Origin: an uncultured Fluviicola sp.
GTDB taxonomy: Bacteria > Bacteroidota > Bacteroidia > Flavobacteriales_D > Crocinitomicaceae
Direction of reading: 5' to 3'
NCBI GenBank assembly: GCA_913009205.1
Contig: CAJVYC010000011.1
Span: 2,442 to 66,441 of the forward strand
DNA length: 64,000 nucleotides
The notes under the pieces are model-generated. The model did no database searches. It had not been told where the DNA came from and worked only from the letters and a program-made list of their open reading frames with translations. The position numbers were made by a program, and so were the translations under genes. Positions within the stretch are counted from its first letter, which is position 1. Every line of letters starts with the position of its first letter. This document shows positions 29,710-39,322 of the stretch, piece by piece.

Positions 29710-30249
29710 GTGAATTATTTAGATATAGTTTTTGTGATCCTTTTGGTATGGGGAGGATACAATGGTTTTAAAAGTGGATTTGTAATTCAATTGTTTACAA
29801 CCCTTGCACTTTTCTTAGGGCTTTATGCAGGGATACATTTTTCTAGTTATGCCTCCAAAATTATTACGGTAGATTTCGGTTCTAAATCAGAATATGTTCC
29901 TGTAATCGCATTTGCAATTACCTTTTTGGCCGTTGGAGCAATGGTTTATTTTGCAGGAAAGGCAATTGAAAAAGTAGTGAAATTTGTGCGACTGTCTCCA
30001 CTCAATAAGTTTGCTGGTTTATTTCTGGGGCTGCTTAAAATGTCTTTGTATATAAGTGGTTTTATCATCATCACAGATGCATACGATGAACGAAATGATA
30101 TTATTGATGAAAGCACGAAGTCAGGATCAATAATGTATTACCCAATAAAAACTGTAACAACTGCAACCATCCCGGCATTTGAGGAAAGTACGATTGTCTT
30201 AAAAAATTCGTTTGAACAAAGTACCAAGTCATCAAAGAAAGATGAGTAA
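29710..30249 (+). CDS. cvpA: CvpA family membrane protein
   Basis: The N-terminus MNYLDIVFVILLVWGGYNGFKSGFV (GTG start) and four TM helices are typical of CvpA. Confidence 0.8.
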   Translation: MNYLDIVFVILLVWGGYNGFKSGFVIQLFTTLALFLGLYAGIHFSSYASKIITVDFGSKSEYVPVIAFAITFLAVGAMVYFAGKAIEKVVKFVRLSPLNKFAGLFLGLLKMSLYISGFIIITDAYDERNDIIDESTKSGSIMYYPIKTVTTATIPAFEESTIVLKNSFEQSTKSSKKDE

Positions 30250-30772
30250 AATGCTAGTTGTTCTTATTGTTTTTGTAACCAGTTTTGGTTTTTCTCAAGA
30301 CTTGCAGGGTAATTTTGCTGAGCGAAGTAGAAAGCCACTGCTAAAAATCAATGTAAAAAAAATGGGACCTTACTTTGGTTTGCAACAGGGCAAATACCTT
30401 GTTCCTGAAGTTGGGGTTGAGCGAAAATGGAAGAGGGTTCGACTTTTAAATTCCGTGACGCACGCTGCTCACATGGGATTCAACTACAACTTCAAATACA
30501 AAGTCTTGGGTTACGATGCTGGATATTGGGTTAAACCCCACCGGATTGGTTTAACGTATGGCGCAAACTTGTTCTTTAGAACGAACTTTGACAGAGGTAA
30601 AATAGGTCTTGCTCCAGTGGTGGGATTTAAGTTTTGGTTGCTTCATTTACAGACAGGTTACCATTTTATGATGCGTCCAAAGGATTTCGAAACGAATACG
30701 TTTTTTATCTCCCTACGAATCGGAATTATCAATGATAGAGACATTGATTTCAAACGGAAGAAAAAAGGATAG
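30242..30772 (+). CDS. Hypothetical secreted beta-rich protein (possible small outer-membrane protein)
   Basis: Signal peptide MSKMLVVLIVFVTSFGFSQ, alternating aromatic/hydrophobic strands and a basic C-terminal tail. The ATG at 30242 overlaps the cvpA end. Confidence 0.6.
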   Translation: MSKMLVVLIVFVTSFGFSQDLQGNFAERSRKPLLKINVKKMGPYFGLQQGKYLVPEVGVERKWKRVRLLNSVTHAAHMGFNYNFKYKVLGYDAGYWVKPHRIGLTYGANLFFRTNFDRGKIGLAPVVGFKFWLLHLQTGYHFMMRPKDFETNTFFISLRIGIINDRDIDFKRKKKG

Positions 30773-30814
30773 CTATTTATCTGTCTTTAAGTAACTAATT
30801 TAGCTTGAAATCCC

Positions 30815-30822
30815 TATCTTTG
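30815..30822 (+). promoter_or_regulatory. Candidate -7 promoter box (TATCTTTG) for prs-rplY
   Basis: Exact TAnnTTTG match 19 nt upstream of the prs ATG at 30841. This argues against the TTG at 30805 used by the ORF track. Confidence 0.5.
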
Positions 30823-30840
30823 CCCTCTCAAAGATTGATT

Positions 30841-31773
30841 ATGTCCAAAGGAATTAAAATATTTACGGGTCAGGCCTCTAAAGTGTTAGCTGAAAAAATA
30901 GCTGCTTCTTACGGTGTGGGATTGGGTGATGTTAAGAAAACTGTCTTTAGTGACGGTGAGTTTCAGGTTTCTTTTGAAGAAACTGTAAGAGGTCAAGATG
31001 TCTTTATTGTACAATCTACAATGCCCCCTTCTGACAATCTTTTTGAGATGTTATTAATGGTTGATGCAGCAAAACGCGCTTCAGCAAGAAAGATCATTGT
31101 TGTTATTCCTTATTTCGGGTTTGCACGTCAAGACCGTAAGGATAAACCAAGAGTTGCGATCGGAGCTAAACTGATAGCCAACATGCTCATGGCCGCTGGA
31201 ATTGATCGGATCATGACAATGGATTTGCACGCAGATCAAATTCAAGGATTTTTTGAAGTTCCTGTCGATCACTTATACGGCTCGACAATTTTCTCACCAG
31301 AGATCGAGAAATTAAATGCAGGAAACTTAATTATGGCAGCGCCTGATGCAGGAGGAGCAAAAAGAGCAAATTCATACGCTAAGCGTTTCGATATTGGTCT
31401 TGCAATCTGTCATAAACAACGCAAAAAAGCAAATGAAATAGCAGAAATGACTGTTATCGGAGATGTCTCTGGGAAGGATGTAATCCTTGTCGATGATATG
31501 GTTGATACGGCAGGAACGCTTACGAAAGCAGCAGATTTGTTCATGGAAAAAGGAGCACTTAGTGTTCGAGCATTTTGCACGCATGCGGTTCTTTCGGGAC
31601 CAGCGTATGAACGCATCACAAACTCTGCAATAACTGAATTAGTCGTTACGGATTCTATTCCGTTGAAACAACCGCATGACAAGATCAGAGTTCTTACCGT
31701 TACAGATTTATTTGCTGACGTTATTCATGGCGTGGTGAAAAACGAATCAATTAGTTCACATTTTATAATCTAA
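30841..31773 (+). CDS. prs: Ribose-phosphate pyrophosphokinase
   Basis: Motifs YFGFARQDRK, DLHADQIQGFF and the PRPP loop ILVDDMVDTAGT. Confidence 0.96.
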   Translation: MSKGIKIFTGQASKVLAEKIAASYGVGLGDVKKTVFSDGEFQVSFEETVRGQDVFIVQSTMPPSDNLFEMLLMVDAAKRASARKIIVVIPYFGFARQDRKDKPRVAIGAKLIANMLMAAGIDRIMTMDLHADQIQGFFEVPVDHLYGSTIFSPEIEKLNAGNLIMAAPDAGGAKRANSYAKRFDIGLAICHKQRKKANEIAEMTVIGDVSGKDVILVDDMVDTAGTLTKAADLFMEKGALSVRAFCTHAVLSGPAYERITNSAITELVVTDSIPLKQPHDKIRVLTVTDLFADVIHGVVKNESISSHFII

Positions 31774-31797
31774 GTAGTAAATAACAAATAATAAATA

Positions 31798-32445
31798 ATG
31801 AAAAAAGCACAATTGAGCGGTTCGTTAAGAGCGAACGTAGGAAAAAAGGATGCTGCAGCACAAAGAGTTGCTGGTATGGTACCTTGTGTGATTTACGGAT
31901 CAGGTGAACAAACTCACTTTTCTGTAAGATCAGTAGATGTACAAAAAATCATTTTCTCACCCGATGTTTTTCAGGTAGAAATTGATATTGACGGTACAAA
32001 GAAAATGGCGATCATTCAAGATCTTCAAATGCACCCGGTTAGAGATACACCGATGCACGTTGATTTCTTAGAATTGGATGATACCAAACCAGTTAAAGTA
32101 AGCCTTCCTTTAAGAACTGAAGGTGCTCCAATCGGAGTAATGAACGGCGGTAAATTGAGACAACCATACAGAAAATTAAGAATGCTTGGTTTACCAGGTG
32201 CTCTTCCTGAAGCAGTTACTCTTGATGTTTCTCATTTGAAAATTGGAACTTCAATTCGTATTTCTGATCTAAACATTGCAGGTGTTGAAGTATTAGAGCC
32301 TGCTAGTGCAGTTGTAGTTTCAGTCAAAATGGCTAGAGGTGCAAGTGAAGAGGAGGAAGAAGAAGAAGCTGCAGCTGAAGCTGCCGCTGCCGCTGCCGCT
32401 GCAGATGGTGGTGAAGAAGATGAAGGCGATTCTAAAGAAGGATAG
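31798..32445 (+). CDS. rplY: 50S ribosomal protein L25/general stress protein Ctc, with an acidic/Ala-rich C-terminal tail
   Basis: L25/Ctc N-terminal and beta-barrel domains (GKKDAAAQRVAGMVPCVIYG, VDFLEL) with the tail EEEEEEEAAAEAAAAAAAADGGEEDEGD. Confidence 0.92.
   Translation: MKKAQLSGSLRANVGKKDAAAQRVAGMVPCVIYGSGEQTHFSVRSVDVQKIIFSPDVFQVEIDIDGTKKMAIIQDLQMHPVRDTPMHVDFLELDDTKPVKVSLPLRTEGAPIGVMNGGKLRQPYRKLRMLGLPGALPEAVTLDVSHLKIGTSIRISDLNIAGVEVLEPASAVVVSVKMARGASEEEEEEEAAAEAAAAAAAADGGEEDEGDSKEG
32380..32400 (+). repeat. (GCTGCC)3GCT alanine-codon microsatellite inside the rplY tail
   Basis: Direct reading of gctgccgctgccgctgccgct. Confidence 0.9.
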
Positions 32446-32464
32446 TCATCTTTTAAAAAATAGT

Positions 32465-32497
32465 AAGCCCGTTTCGATTCAATCGAGACGGGCTTTT
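32465..32497. terminator. Bidirectional rho-independent terminator between convergent rplY and the amidase gene
   Basis: Hairpin aagcccgtttcgatt-c-aatcgagacgggctt, flanked by A6 upstream and TTTT downstream. Confidence 0.8.
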
Positions 32498-32518
32498 CGT
32501 ATCTAATAATCTGAGGAT

Positions 32519-34276
32519 TTAAAGAACAACTAGTTTCTTAATGACGATTGATTCATTCATCCGAATTGCAACGTGATAGAATCCAGTTGCCAATGAAGAT
32601 ATGTCAAAAGAATTTCCTTTGATGATTTCGCTGATACAAACTCTCCCGTTGCGATCATAAATAATGATTTCACCTCCGAGAGATGCATGGGAAATGGATA
32701 AAATTGAAGTGGCAGGATTCGGGAAAATCGAGATGTTATACAAATGGTTTTCGGCAAGATCCGTATCATCAATAGTTGATATATAATTTGCCTCCCAACC
32801 GCTCGAAACCGTTCCGCAGTCACTTCTAAATTCAATTAAAATTGATCCTCCAGTAGATGTAATTTGTCCGGGTGAATTTGTTCCCGAAAAAGAACCAATT
32901 AATGGATCGTTTAACGAATCACCGTCGTAAATGAAAAGGTTGTCGTATCCCAGTTCCAGATCGAAGGCTGTGAAATTGATTGTTATGTCTGTCGCTCCGT
33001 TAGGCTGTATCAGCCAAAATTCACGTTCATCATCTTGATAATCACCAGCAATTCCACCTGTGTCATAAAGCGAAACGTTCGGGTTGGTAAGTACAGAATA
33101 CACGGGCATGTTGTTAATGAGACGGTAGTACTTTTCCCAATCCCAATTGATCCCTGGGTCTGTGTGCGTCGCATTTGGATAGTGTTGATGCCCCTTTATT
33201 TTCGTACATCCACCTAGCAGATGAGAGGAAGCCGATGCAGCTCCATAATATGTTCGAAGTGGTGGCAAACCATAACCACTGTTTACGATGTCTCGGCTTA
33301 AATCAGCTGAGCTGTTGTACATTTCTTCGGTGTACCAACTTGGATTATCTACGTATCCTTCATGTTCGTAGCCAATTGTATACGGGTTTTCACTTCCAAC
33401 GTGCCATGCTTTGTCTGCTTCAAGAACCATTTGGGTCACTTGACCATCAGAGGATCGAATCACGTAATGATAAGAAACACTCGAAGCGCAATTTTGGGCC
33501 CATGAAATAGCACCCGCGTAAGATCCTTGAATGGTATGAATTGTTATCGCTGAAATAGCCGTTCCACTTCTAGAGCTGAAATTACACGTTGCTGCGGGAT
33601 TCCAAATTGCAGGTCCATATTCTAACGATTTGGACTCATTTGGGGCATACGAAATACCGTTTTCACTTTGGATTCCAGTTTCGGTGAATATGATTTTCGG
33701 TGAAGAAAGAACGTGGTAATTGGAAGTTCCAAAAATAGATTCTAAATTGAAGTGTTGGGGAGAAAAACCATATCTAGTTGCCTTTTTAGTCGACCTCATG
33801 AAGTTCAAAATGGAATACGCCTGTAAGTCTCGGGCTAAAAGATTAACCATTCCCGTAGCTGGTATTTCTGAAAGATGACCCAATGTTTTACTAATGAGAA
33901 TTGGATCGTTTGGGTTCGTAACTCCGTTGTCAATCATTAATTGATTGAACGCCTTAGCATACGCTTCAATTTGCCTTGCTGCTGCACTTTTTTGCTCTTT
34001 TACACTGATTCCAGAGAGATTGGCGACAAGGATTCCATTTTCATTGAAATACTCTTTTCCGTTATCATGCAATCCCATAATTCCATACGCTTGAGGAATT
34101 CCAGAACAACCTTCTTGTGTAGGATTGAGATGAACCATGTGGGTATTCGTCCAAGCAACCGCTTCTAATAAACCGTAAGGAACATTCGGGTTCTCTGCAT
34201 ACGCGGTTTGAAATGCTGTTTGGGCAGAACTTAAAAACCCAAAAAGGCTGAAGAAAAAGAGTAGTGTAGTTCGCAT
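32519..34276 (-). CDS. Secreted N-acetylmuramoyl-L-alanine amidase (Amidase_2/PGRP type) with a CUB-like domain and T9SS C-terminal sorting domain
   Basis: Signal peptide. Amidase_2 core ITIHTIQGSYAGAISWAQN...SYHYVIRSSDGQVTQMV...AWHVG...IGYEHEG. CUB-like segment YDNLFIYDGDSLNDPLIGSFSG...ILIEFRSDCGTVSSGWEANY. T9SS CTD SIFPNPATSILSI...GFYHVAI. Confidence 0.88.
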   Translation of the reverse strand: MRTTLLFFFSLFGFLSSAQTAFQTAYAENPNVPYGLLEAVAWTNTHMVHLNPTQEGCSGIPQAYGIMGLHDNGKEYFNENGILVANLSGISVKEQKSAAARQIEAYAKAFNQLMIDNGVTNPNDPILISKTLGHLSEIPATGMVNLLARDLQAYSILNFMRSTKKATRYGFSPQHFNLESIFGTSNYHVLSSPKIIFTETGIQSENGISYAPNESKSLEYGPAIWNPAATCNFSSRSGTAISAITIHTIQGSYAGAISWAQNCASSVSYHYVIRSSDGQVTQMVLEADKAWHVGSENPYTIGYEHEGYVDNPSWYTEEMYNSSADLSRDIVNSGYGLPPLRTYYGAASASSHLLGGCTKIKGHQHYPNATHTDPGINWDWEKYYRLINNMPVYSVLTNPNVSLYDTGGIAGDYQDDEREFWLIQPNGATDITINFTAFDLELGYDNLFIYDGDSLNDPLIGSFSGTNSPGQITSTGGSILIEFRSDCGTVSSGWEANYISTIDDTDLAENHLYNISIFPNPATSILSISHASLGGEIIIYDRNGRVCISEIIKGNSFDISSLATGFYHVAIRMNESIVIKKLVVL

Positions 34277-34611
34277 CCAGTCGATTTAGATAAAAATACG
34301 AATTTTAACACTTTAAAAAAAGATTAACCGTCAAAAGACAAAGAAATTGAGCCAATCCCGCCAGCTCTATTTCTTTTCTATTAATTATTGAGCCCCTATC
34401 AGCTCAGCTCGTTCTTCTTTCCAAGGAATTAGATACTTTTTAGTCTTGTACAATTTCCCTTGAAGATTGTAAGACTGCCAAACCCCAATTCTTCAGCTTT
34501 GTTTATCTAATTGACGAATTTCCTTATTTCACAGTCCACTCTATAAAAGTTGCAACACTTCCTGTTTCCTTCTCGAAATCCTAAGTTCTTTGTAATATAT
34601 TTCAGTACCGC

Positions 34612-34806
34612 TCAATAATTCATCTTCAGAATTCGTCTACAATTTTTTACGGAAATAGAGCCTAAGAAATAAACAATGGAAGCAACTGCTACAATTAGTT
34701 CAATATCCAAATTGACTTGAATGCGTTGAAATTGATTTAACTTAAACAATAGTAAGAGCGTTGCGATTAGTAGCCCGAAAGAAAGAACATCTTTCCTCAT
34801 GTGCAA
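34612..34806 (-). CDS. Questionable small membrane ORF (64 aa), possibly the N-terminal piece of a decayed gene
   Basis: An ORF with one or two hydrophobic helices directly downstream of ygiQ. Fragmentary in-frame pieces lie downstream. There is no family signature. Confidence 0.25.
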   Translation of the reverse strand: MHMRKDVLSFGLLIATLLLLFKLNQFQRIQVNLDIELIVAVASIVYFLGSISVKNCRRILKMNY

Positions 34807-34811
34807 TTGTT

Positions 34812-36728
34812 CTACTTTCTACTTTTTCCAGATCGAGTTAGTTGATTTTTCCGTTTCTCTTCCAGCCATTTTGGAACCCGACCTCCGGCTTTCTCCTTTC
34901 CAATCAATTCATCCGCCAATTCAGCACGGCCTGCTTGCTCCATCGATTTTCTGATAAAAGCATGGTTTTCCTTTTTGTACCAAAAGAAGAAGCGACGTTG
35001 ATTCAATTTCTTTTCCTTGTCCTTCACTGTTTTGTGTGGACGAAGAGTGTAAGGATGGACACCGCTATAATAAATAACGGTAGCAACTGTCATTGGCGTT
35101 GGCGTAAAATCTTGCACCTGCTCCAATTGGAATCCCATGTCCTTTGTCTCCACGGCTAAATTCGCCATATCTTCATCCTCACAACCAGGGTGAGAAGAAA
35201 TAAAGTAGGGGATAAGTGGTTGATTTAAGTTGTGTTTCGCCGAAATCTTGTCGTACTTCTCCTTGAACTTATGGAAGTATTTAAATGATGGTTTACGCAT
35301 CACTTTTAACGTTGCATCAGAAGTATGCTCAGGAGCCACTTTCAAACGCCCACTAACGTGCCGGGTGATTAATTGTTCAATATATTCATCGTGATTTCCA
35401 TCTTCGTTGTTCTTATTGAAATCATCTGCAAGAAGATCGTATCTAATTCCCGAACCAACAAATGCTTTCTTAACCTCGGGCATCGCGTCAATCTTACGGT
35501 ACAATTGCGTCATTGATTTGTGCGACGTGTCCAGATTGCTGCAGATTACCGGGTGAATACAACTCGGGCTTGAGCATTTCGCGCAAATAGACTCGTCTTT
35601 ACCTTGCATCTTGTACATGTTCGCAGAAGGCCCTCCGATATCGGATAAATACCCTTTAAATTCTGGATGCTCGGCTACAAGACTTACTTCAGCAAGGATT
35701 GATTTCTCACTTCTCGATGCAATGAATTTTCCCTGATGCGCCGAGATCGTGCAGAAACTACAACCACCGAAACAACCTCTGTGCATATTGACAGAAAACT
35801 TGATCATGTCGTATGCCGGAATCGCCCCACGCTTTTTGTATTTCGGATGCGGCAATCGCGTATAAGGTAAATCGAATGAACGGTCAATTTCTTTTTCGTT
35901 CATTGTCTTGTAAGGCGGATTAATCACCAAGGTCTTATTGCCAATTTCTTGTGTAATTCGATTCGCTTGCCATTTGTTTGATTCTACCTCAACAACTTTG
36001 AAATTGGCGGCGAACTTAATTTTATCTTCAAGACAAACATCATGACTTGATAAGGCTATCGTTTCCCAATTTTTATTTTTTGGCAATTCAACAGTGTTGT
36101 CTTGTAAAAAAGCAACTTGTTTAACCGTATTTAAATTTGAAAAGGGAACTCCTTTTTTAAGCAATCTTAAAATATCTCGCAAAGGCTGATCTCCCATTCC
36201 ATACACCAATAAATCGGCTCTAGATTCTTCCAGAATTGAGGGTTTCAGAGCATCTGACCAATAATCATAATGTGTAACACGCCTCAATGATGCTTCAATC
36301 CCACCAATTAAAACGGGAACATCAGGATAGATGTCCTTAAGAATGTTGCAATATACCGTTGTTGCATAATCAGGTCTAAATCCAGCTTCACCGCCAGGCG
36401 TGTAAGCATCCGTTGAACGAAGTCTTTTGTTCGCCGTGTAATGATTTACCATCGAGTCCATGCAGCCTGCAGTAACACCAAAAAAGTGCTTCGGACGACC
36501 AAATTTCTTAAAATCTCTTAAATCATCTTGCCAATTGGGCTGAGCGATAATCGCAATAGTGAAGCCTTCGTCTTCAATAATCCGTCCAATAACCGCCGTC
36601 CCAAAGGCAGGATGATCTACATAGGCATCTCCTGAAATCAATACTACGTCTACTTCTTCAAGCCCACGGTTTGTAAGTTCCTTTTTCGTTAAAGGCATCC
36701 AGTCTGTTATCGGTCTTTCATCTATCAC
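34812..36728 (-). CDS. ygiQ: YgiQ family radical SAM protein (UPF0313)
   Basis: Radical SAM cluster CFGGCSFCTI, a long N-terminal domain and a basic C-terminal tail typical of YgiQ. Confidence 0.92.
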   Translation of the reverse strand: MIDERPITDWMPLTKKELTNRGLEEVDVVLISGDAYVDHPAFGTAVIGRIIEDEGFTIAIIAQPNWQDDLRDFKKFGRPKHFFGVTAGCMDSMVNHYTANKRLRSTDAYTPGGEAGFRPDYATTVYCNILKDIYPDVPVLIGGIEASLRRVTHYDYWSDALKPSILEESRADLLVYGMGDQPLRDILRLLKKGVPFSNLNTVKQVAFLQDNTVELPKNKNWETIALSSHDVCLEDKIKFAANFKVVEVESNKWQANRITQEIGNKTLVINPPYKTMNEKEIDRSFDLPYTRLPHPKYKKRGAIPAYDMIKFSVNMHRGCFGGCSFCTISAHQGKFIASRSEKSILAEVSLVAEHPEFKGYLSDIGGPSANMYKMQGKDESICAKCSSPSCIHPVICSNLDTSHKSMTQLYRKIDAMPEVKKAFVGSGIRYDLLADDFNKNNEDGNHDEYIEQLITRHVSGRLKVAPEHTSDATLKVMRKPSFKYFHKFKEKYDKISAKHNLNQPLIPYFISSHPGCEDEDMANLAVETKDMGFQLEQVQDFTPTPMTVATVIYYSGVHPYTLRPHKTVKDKEKKLNQRRFFFWYKKENHAFIRKSMEQAGRAELADELIGKEKAGGRVPKWLEEKRKNQLTRSGKSRK

Positions 36729-36823
36729 AATACAAAATTACGCTTAATTACCGTGTTACTGAAATTCTAAGACAATCATGCGAACTACTTTTACTGAAAG
36801 ATTGTTCCTATATTGAGATCACA

Positions 36824-37762
36824 ATGAATTTTCGCCACTCCATCCTGCTCCTTTCTGTTTTAATTCTGACTGCCTGTAATGCAGAGAAAAAAAGGGAAGC
36901 CCATCAAACAATTAAGCCCTCTCAAGACTTCATTTTCAATATGGAATTGATGTTTTCGGACAGTGAACAAAATGCCTCATTCCCTGTCTGGTTCAATGAT
37001 ACAATCGTTAAGAAAAGCGGGATAAAAACAATCGCCAGAAATATTTACCCTCTTGTCAGCGAAGATGAAACTCCAATGCCGAAAGAAAGTCGTTTGTATG
37101 ATTTCGATGAAGAAGGGGGGCTTTTAAGTGTACGAATTAAAAAGTTCTACGAGAACATGATTGTGCAGGACATTACTTTTAAATATTCCAATATTAAAGA
37201 TGACATGGGATATTCTGAAGTGGAAATTTTAAATGGCGAACAACAAATAGAAGGCGAGGGTGATTATACCATCCATGTTAAAGAAAAATACCTCAAAAAG
37301 GCTTTGGTGTATTCGAATTTAAACACGGGCAATTATTTGTTCTATATGTTGGATAAGAAAAACTGGGGCGCATTAACAGTAGATTCAATTTTGAATCCAA
37401 CATCGGACGATGTAATTGTATTGGGCTCTGCGCGAAAACCTCAAAAAAAATACCAAGTATACAACACCGTTTCAGAGACGAATGTGGTCGATTTTGTTTA
37501 CAATAACAGTGGAGAAATGATTAATTCAATTTCCTTCGAAAAGTATCCTTTTTACTACAGGCGTTTTATAAATTATAGCGATAAGGGTTTTTGCATTGGA
37601 TTCATTGACTCAACGTTTTCAGCAAATCAATACCTGAACCGAATAGAAAGTTCTTTTCAAATGAATAAAAAGCAGCTTCCTGAAAAGCTCGTTCAGAAAA
37701 AACCAGGAGGAGGAAGCTATGAGATCTTTGAGTATGAATATTATGAAATTGAGGGATATTAA
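36824..37762 (+). CDS. Hypothetical lipoprotein (312 aa)
   Basis: Lipobox LILTAC and a Tyr/Asn-rich beta-type sequence. No recognised domain. Confidence 0.65.
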   Translation: MNFRHSILLLSVLILTACNAEKKREAHQTIKPSQDFIFNMELMFSDSEQNASFPVWFNDTIVKKSGIKTIARNIYPLVSEDETPMPKESRLYDFDEEGGLLSVRIKKFYENMIVQDITFKYSNIKDDMGYSEVEILNGEQQIEGEGDYTIHVKEKYLKKALVYSNLNTGNYLFYMLDKKNWGALTVDSILNPTSDDVIVLGSARKPQKKYQVYNTVSETNVVDFVYNNSGEMINSISFEKYPFYYRRFINYSDKGFCIGFIDSTFSANQYLNRIESSFQMNKKQLPEKLVQKKPGGGSYEIFEYEYYEIEGY

Positions 37763-37930
37763 TACCGAGATTAGAGCTATTGAAGAATGGCGAATGTTTT
37801 GATCGTATAAACTGGAGAGGGTCTTATTCAGTAAATTTTTCGTTTGAAGACATCTTCTTTCTATCTTTTAGAAACTGCTGAAATATTAATTGAGTTGATT
37901 AACTTTACGACTCACAATTGCACATATATA

Positions 37931-39322
37931 ATGAAGATCATTAATAACGGCAATTTCGGTGGATGCTCGAATCGTATAATCGTAGGCAGCAAAGCTGAAA
38001 AGCCAACAGGACTGGATGAAGCAGACAATTCATTGTTTGAAAAGTTCATTAAAGGAGACGAAGATGTAGCGACTAATTCTGATTTCGTAAACACAACCGT
38101 ATTTGTTAAGCACGACGTAAACGCTGAGAAAATGAGGGTGCGTGGAGCGAAAGCCAGAGTAGCTTTCAAGGCTCAAACAGCTCAAATAGCAGTTTTAGGT
38201 TCAAAAGAAAATTGCTTTGATTTGATTGAAGGATTGCTTCTTTCAAATTATCAATTCAATAAGTATTTCAAAGACAAAGAGAAGAAAGACAACAAGCTTG
38301 CAAAAGTTCTCGTTGATGCTTCTTTCAGCGCTGGAGATTGCAACGAACTTGAAAGCATTTACAAAGCCGTTTCATGGGCTAGAACCATGGTTAATGAGCC
38401 TGTATCGTTTTTAAACGCAGATCAATTGGCTGCTGAGATTTCAGTTTTGGCTGATTCAACAGATTTAAAAGTTACTGTCCTTGAAAAGACACAGATCGAA
38501 TCCTTAAAAATGGGTGGATTGCTTGCTGTAAATCAAGGATCAATTGACCAACCGACATTTACAATCGCTGAGTACAAACCTGAGAATGCGACGAATAAAA
38601 AACCAATTGTTCTTGTTGGGAAAGGTGTTGTTTACGATACTGGAGGCCTGAGTTTAAAGCCAACTGCAAACTCTATGGATATCATGAAGAGTGATATGGG
38701 TGGAGCAGCTTGTATGGCTGGTGCAATTTATTTAGCGGCAATGCAAAAACTTCCATTGCACATTATTGCGCTTATCCCTGCAACGGATAATAGACCAGGG
38801 TTGAATGCTTATGCACCTGGAGATGTTGTTACAATGTACGACGGAACAACTGTTGAAGTGTTGAATACGGATGCAGAAGGAAGAATGATTCTTGCGGATG
38901 CCTTAGCGTATTCTAAGAAATTTGATCCAGAAATAGTTATCGATGCGGCAACTTTAACAGGAGCAGCAGTTCGAGCGATTGGAAATATGGGAAGTTGTGT
39001 CATGGGAAATGCTGACGACAGGTATTTCACGCAACTTGAAGCGGCAGGAAACGGTGCATTCGAAAGAACAGTTCGTTTTCCTTTTTGGGATGAGTATGCA
39101 GAAGAAATGAAATCGCCAATTGCAGATCTGAAAAATCTTGGCGGGCCTTATGCTGGAATGATTACAGCTGGGAAATTCCTAGAGCATTTCGTAGAAGCAC
39201 CTTATATCCACATTGACTTGGCTGGTCCAGCATGGTTGGATAGAACAGATGCTTACCGAACAAAAGGAGGCACTGGAGCTGGAGTTCGATTGATGTATCA
39301 CTTCTTCAAAAACTTCTCATAA
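37931..39322 (+). CDS. pepA: Leucyl aminopeptidase (M17 family)
   Basis: Motifs VGKGVVYDTGGLSLKP and NTDAEGRMILADAL. I prefer the ATG at 37931 (MKIINNG) over the TTG at 37844. Confidence 0.94.
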   Translation: MKIINNGNFGGCSNRIIVGSKAEKPTGLDEADNSLFEKFIKGDEDVATNSDFVNTTVFVKHDVNAEKMRVRGAKARVAFKAQTAQIAVLGSKENCFDLIEGLLLSNYQFNKYFKDKEKKDNKLAKVLVDASFSAGDCNELESIYKAVSWARTMVNEPVSFLNADQLAAEISVLADSTDLKVTVLEKTQIESLKMGGLLAVNQGSIDQPTFTIAEYKPENATNKKPIVLVGKGVVYDTGGLSLKPTANSMDIMKSDMGGAACMAGAIYLAAMQKLPLHIIALIPATDNRPGLNAYAPGDVVTMYDGTTVEVLNTDAEGRMILADALAYSKKFDPEIVIDAATLTGAAVRAIGNMGSCVMGNADDRYFTQLEAAGNGAFERTVRFPFWDEYAEEMKSPIADLKNLGGPYAGMITAGKFLEHFVEAPYIHIDLAGPAWLDRTDAYRTKGGTGAGVRLMYHFFKNFS

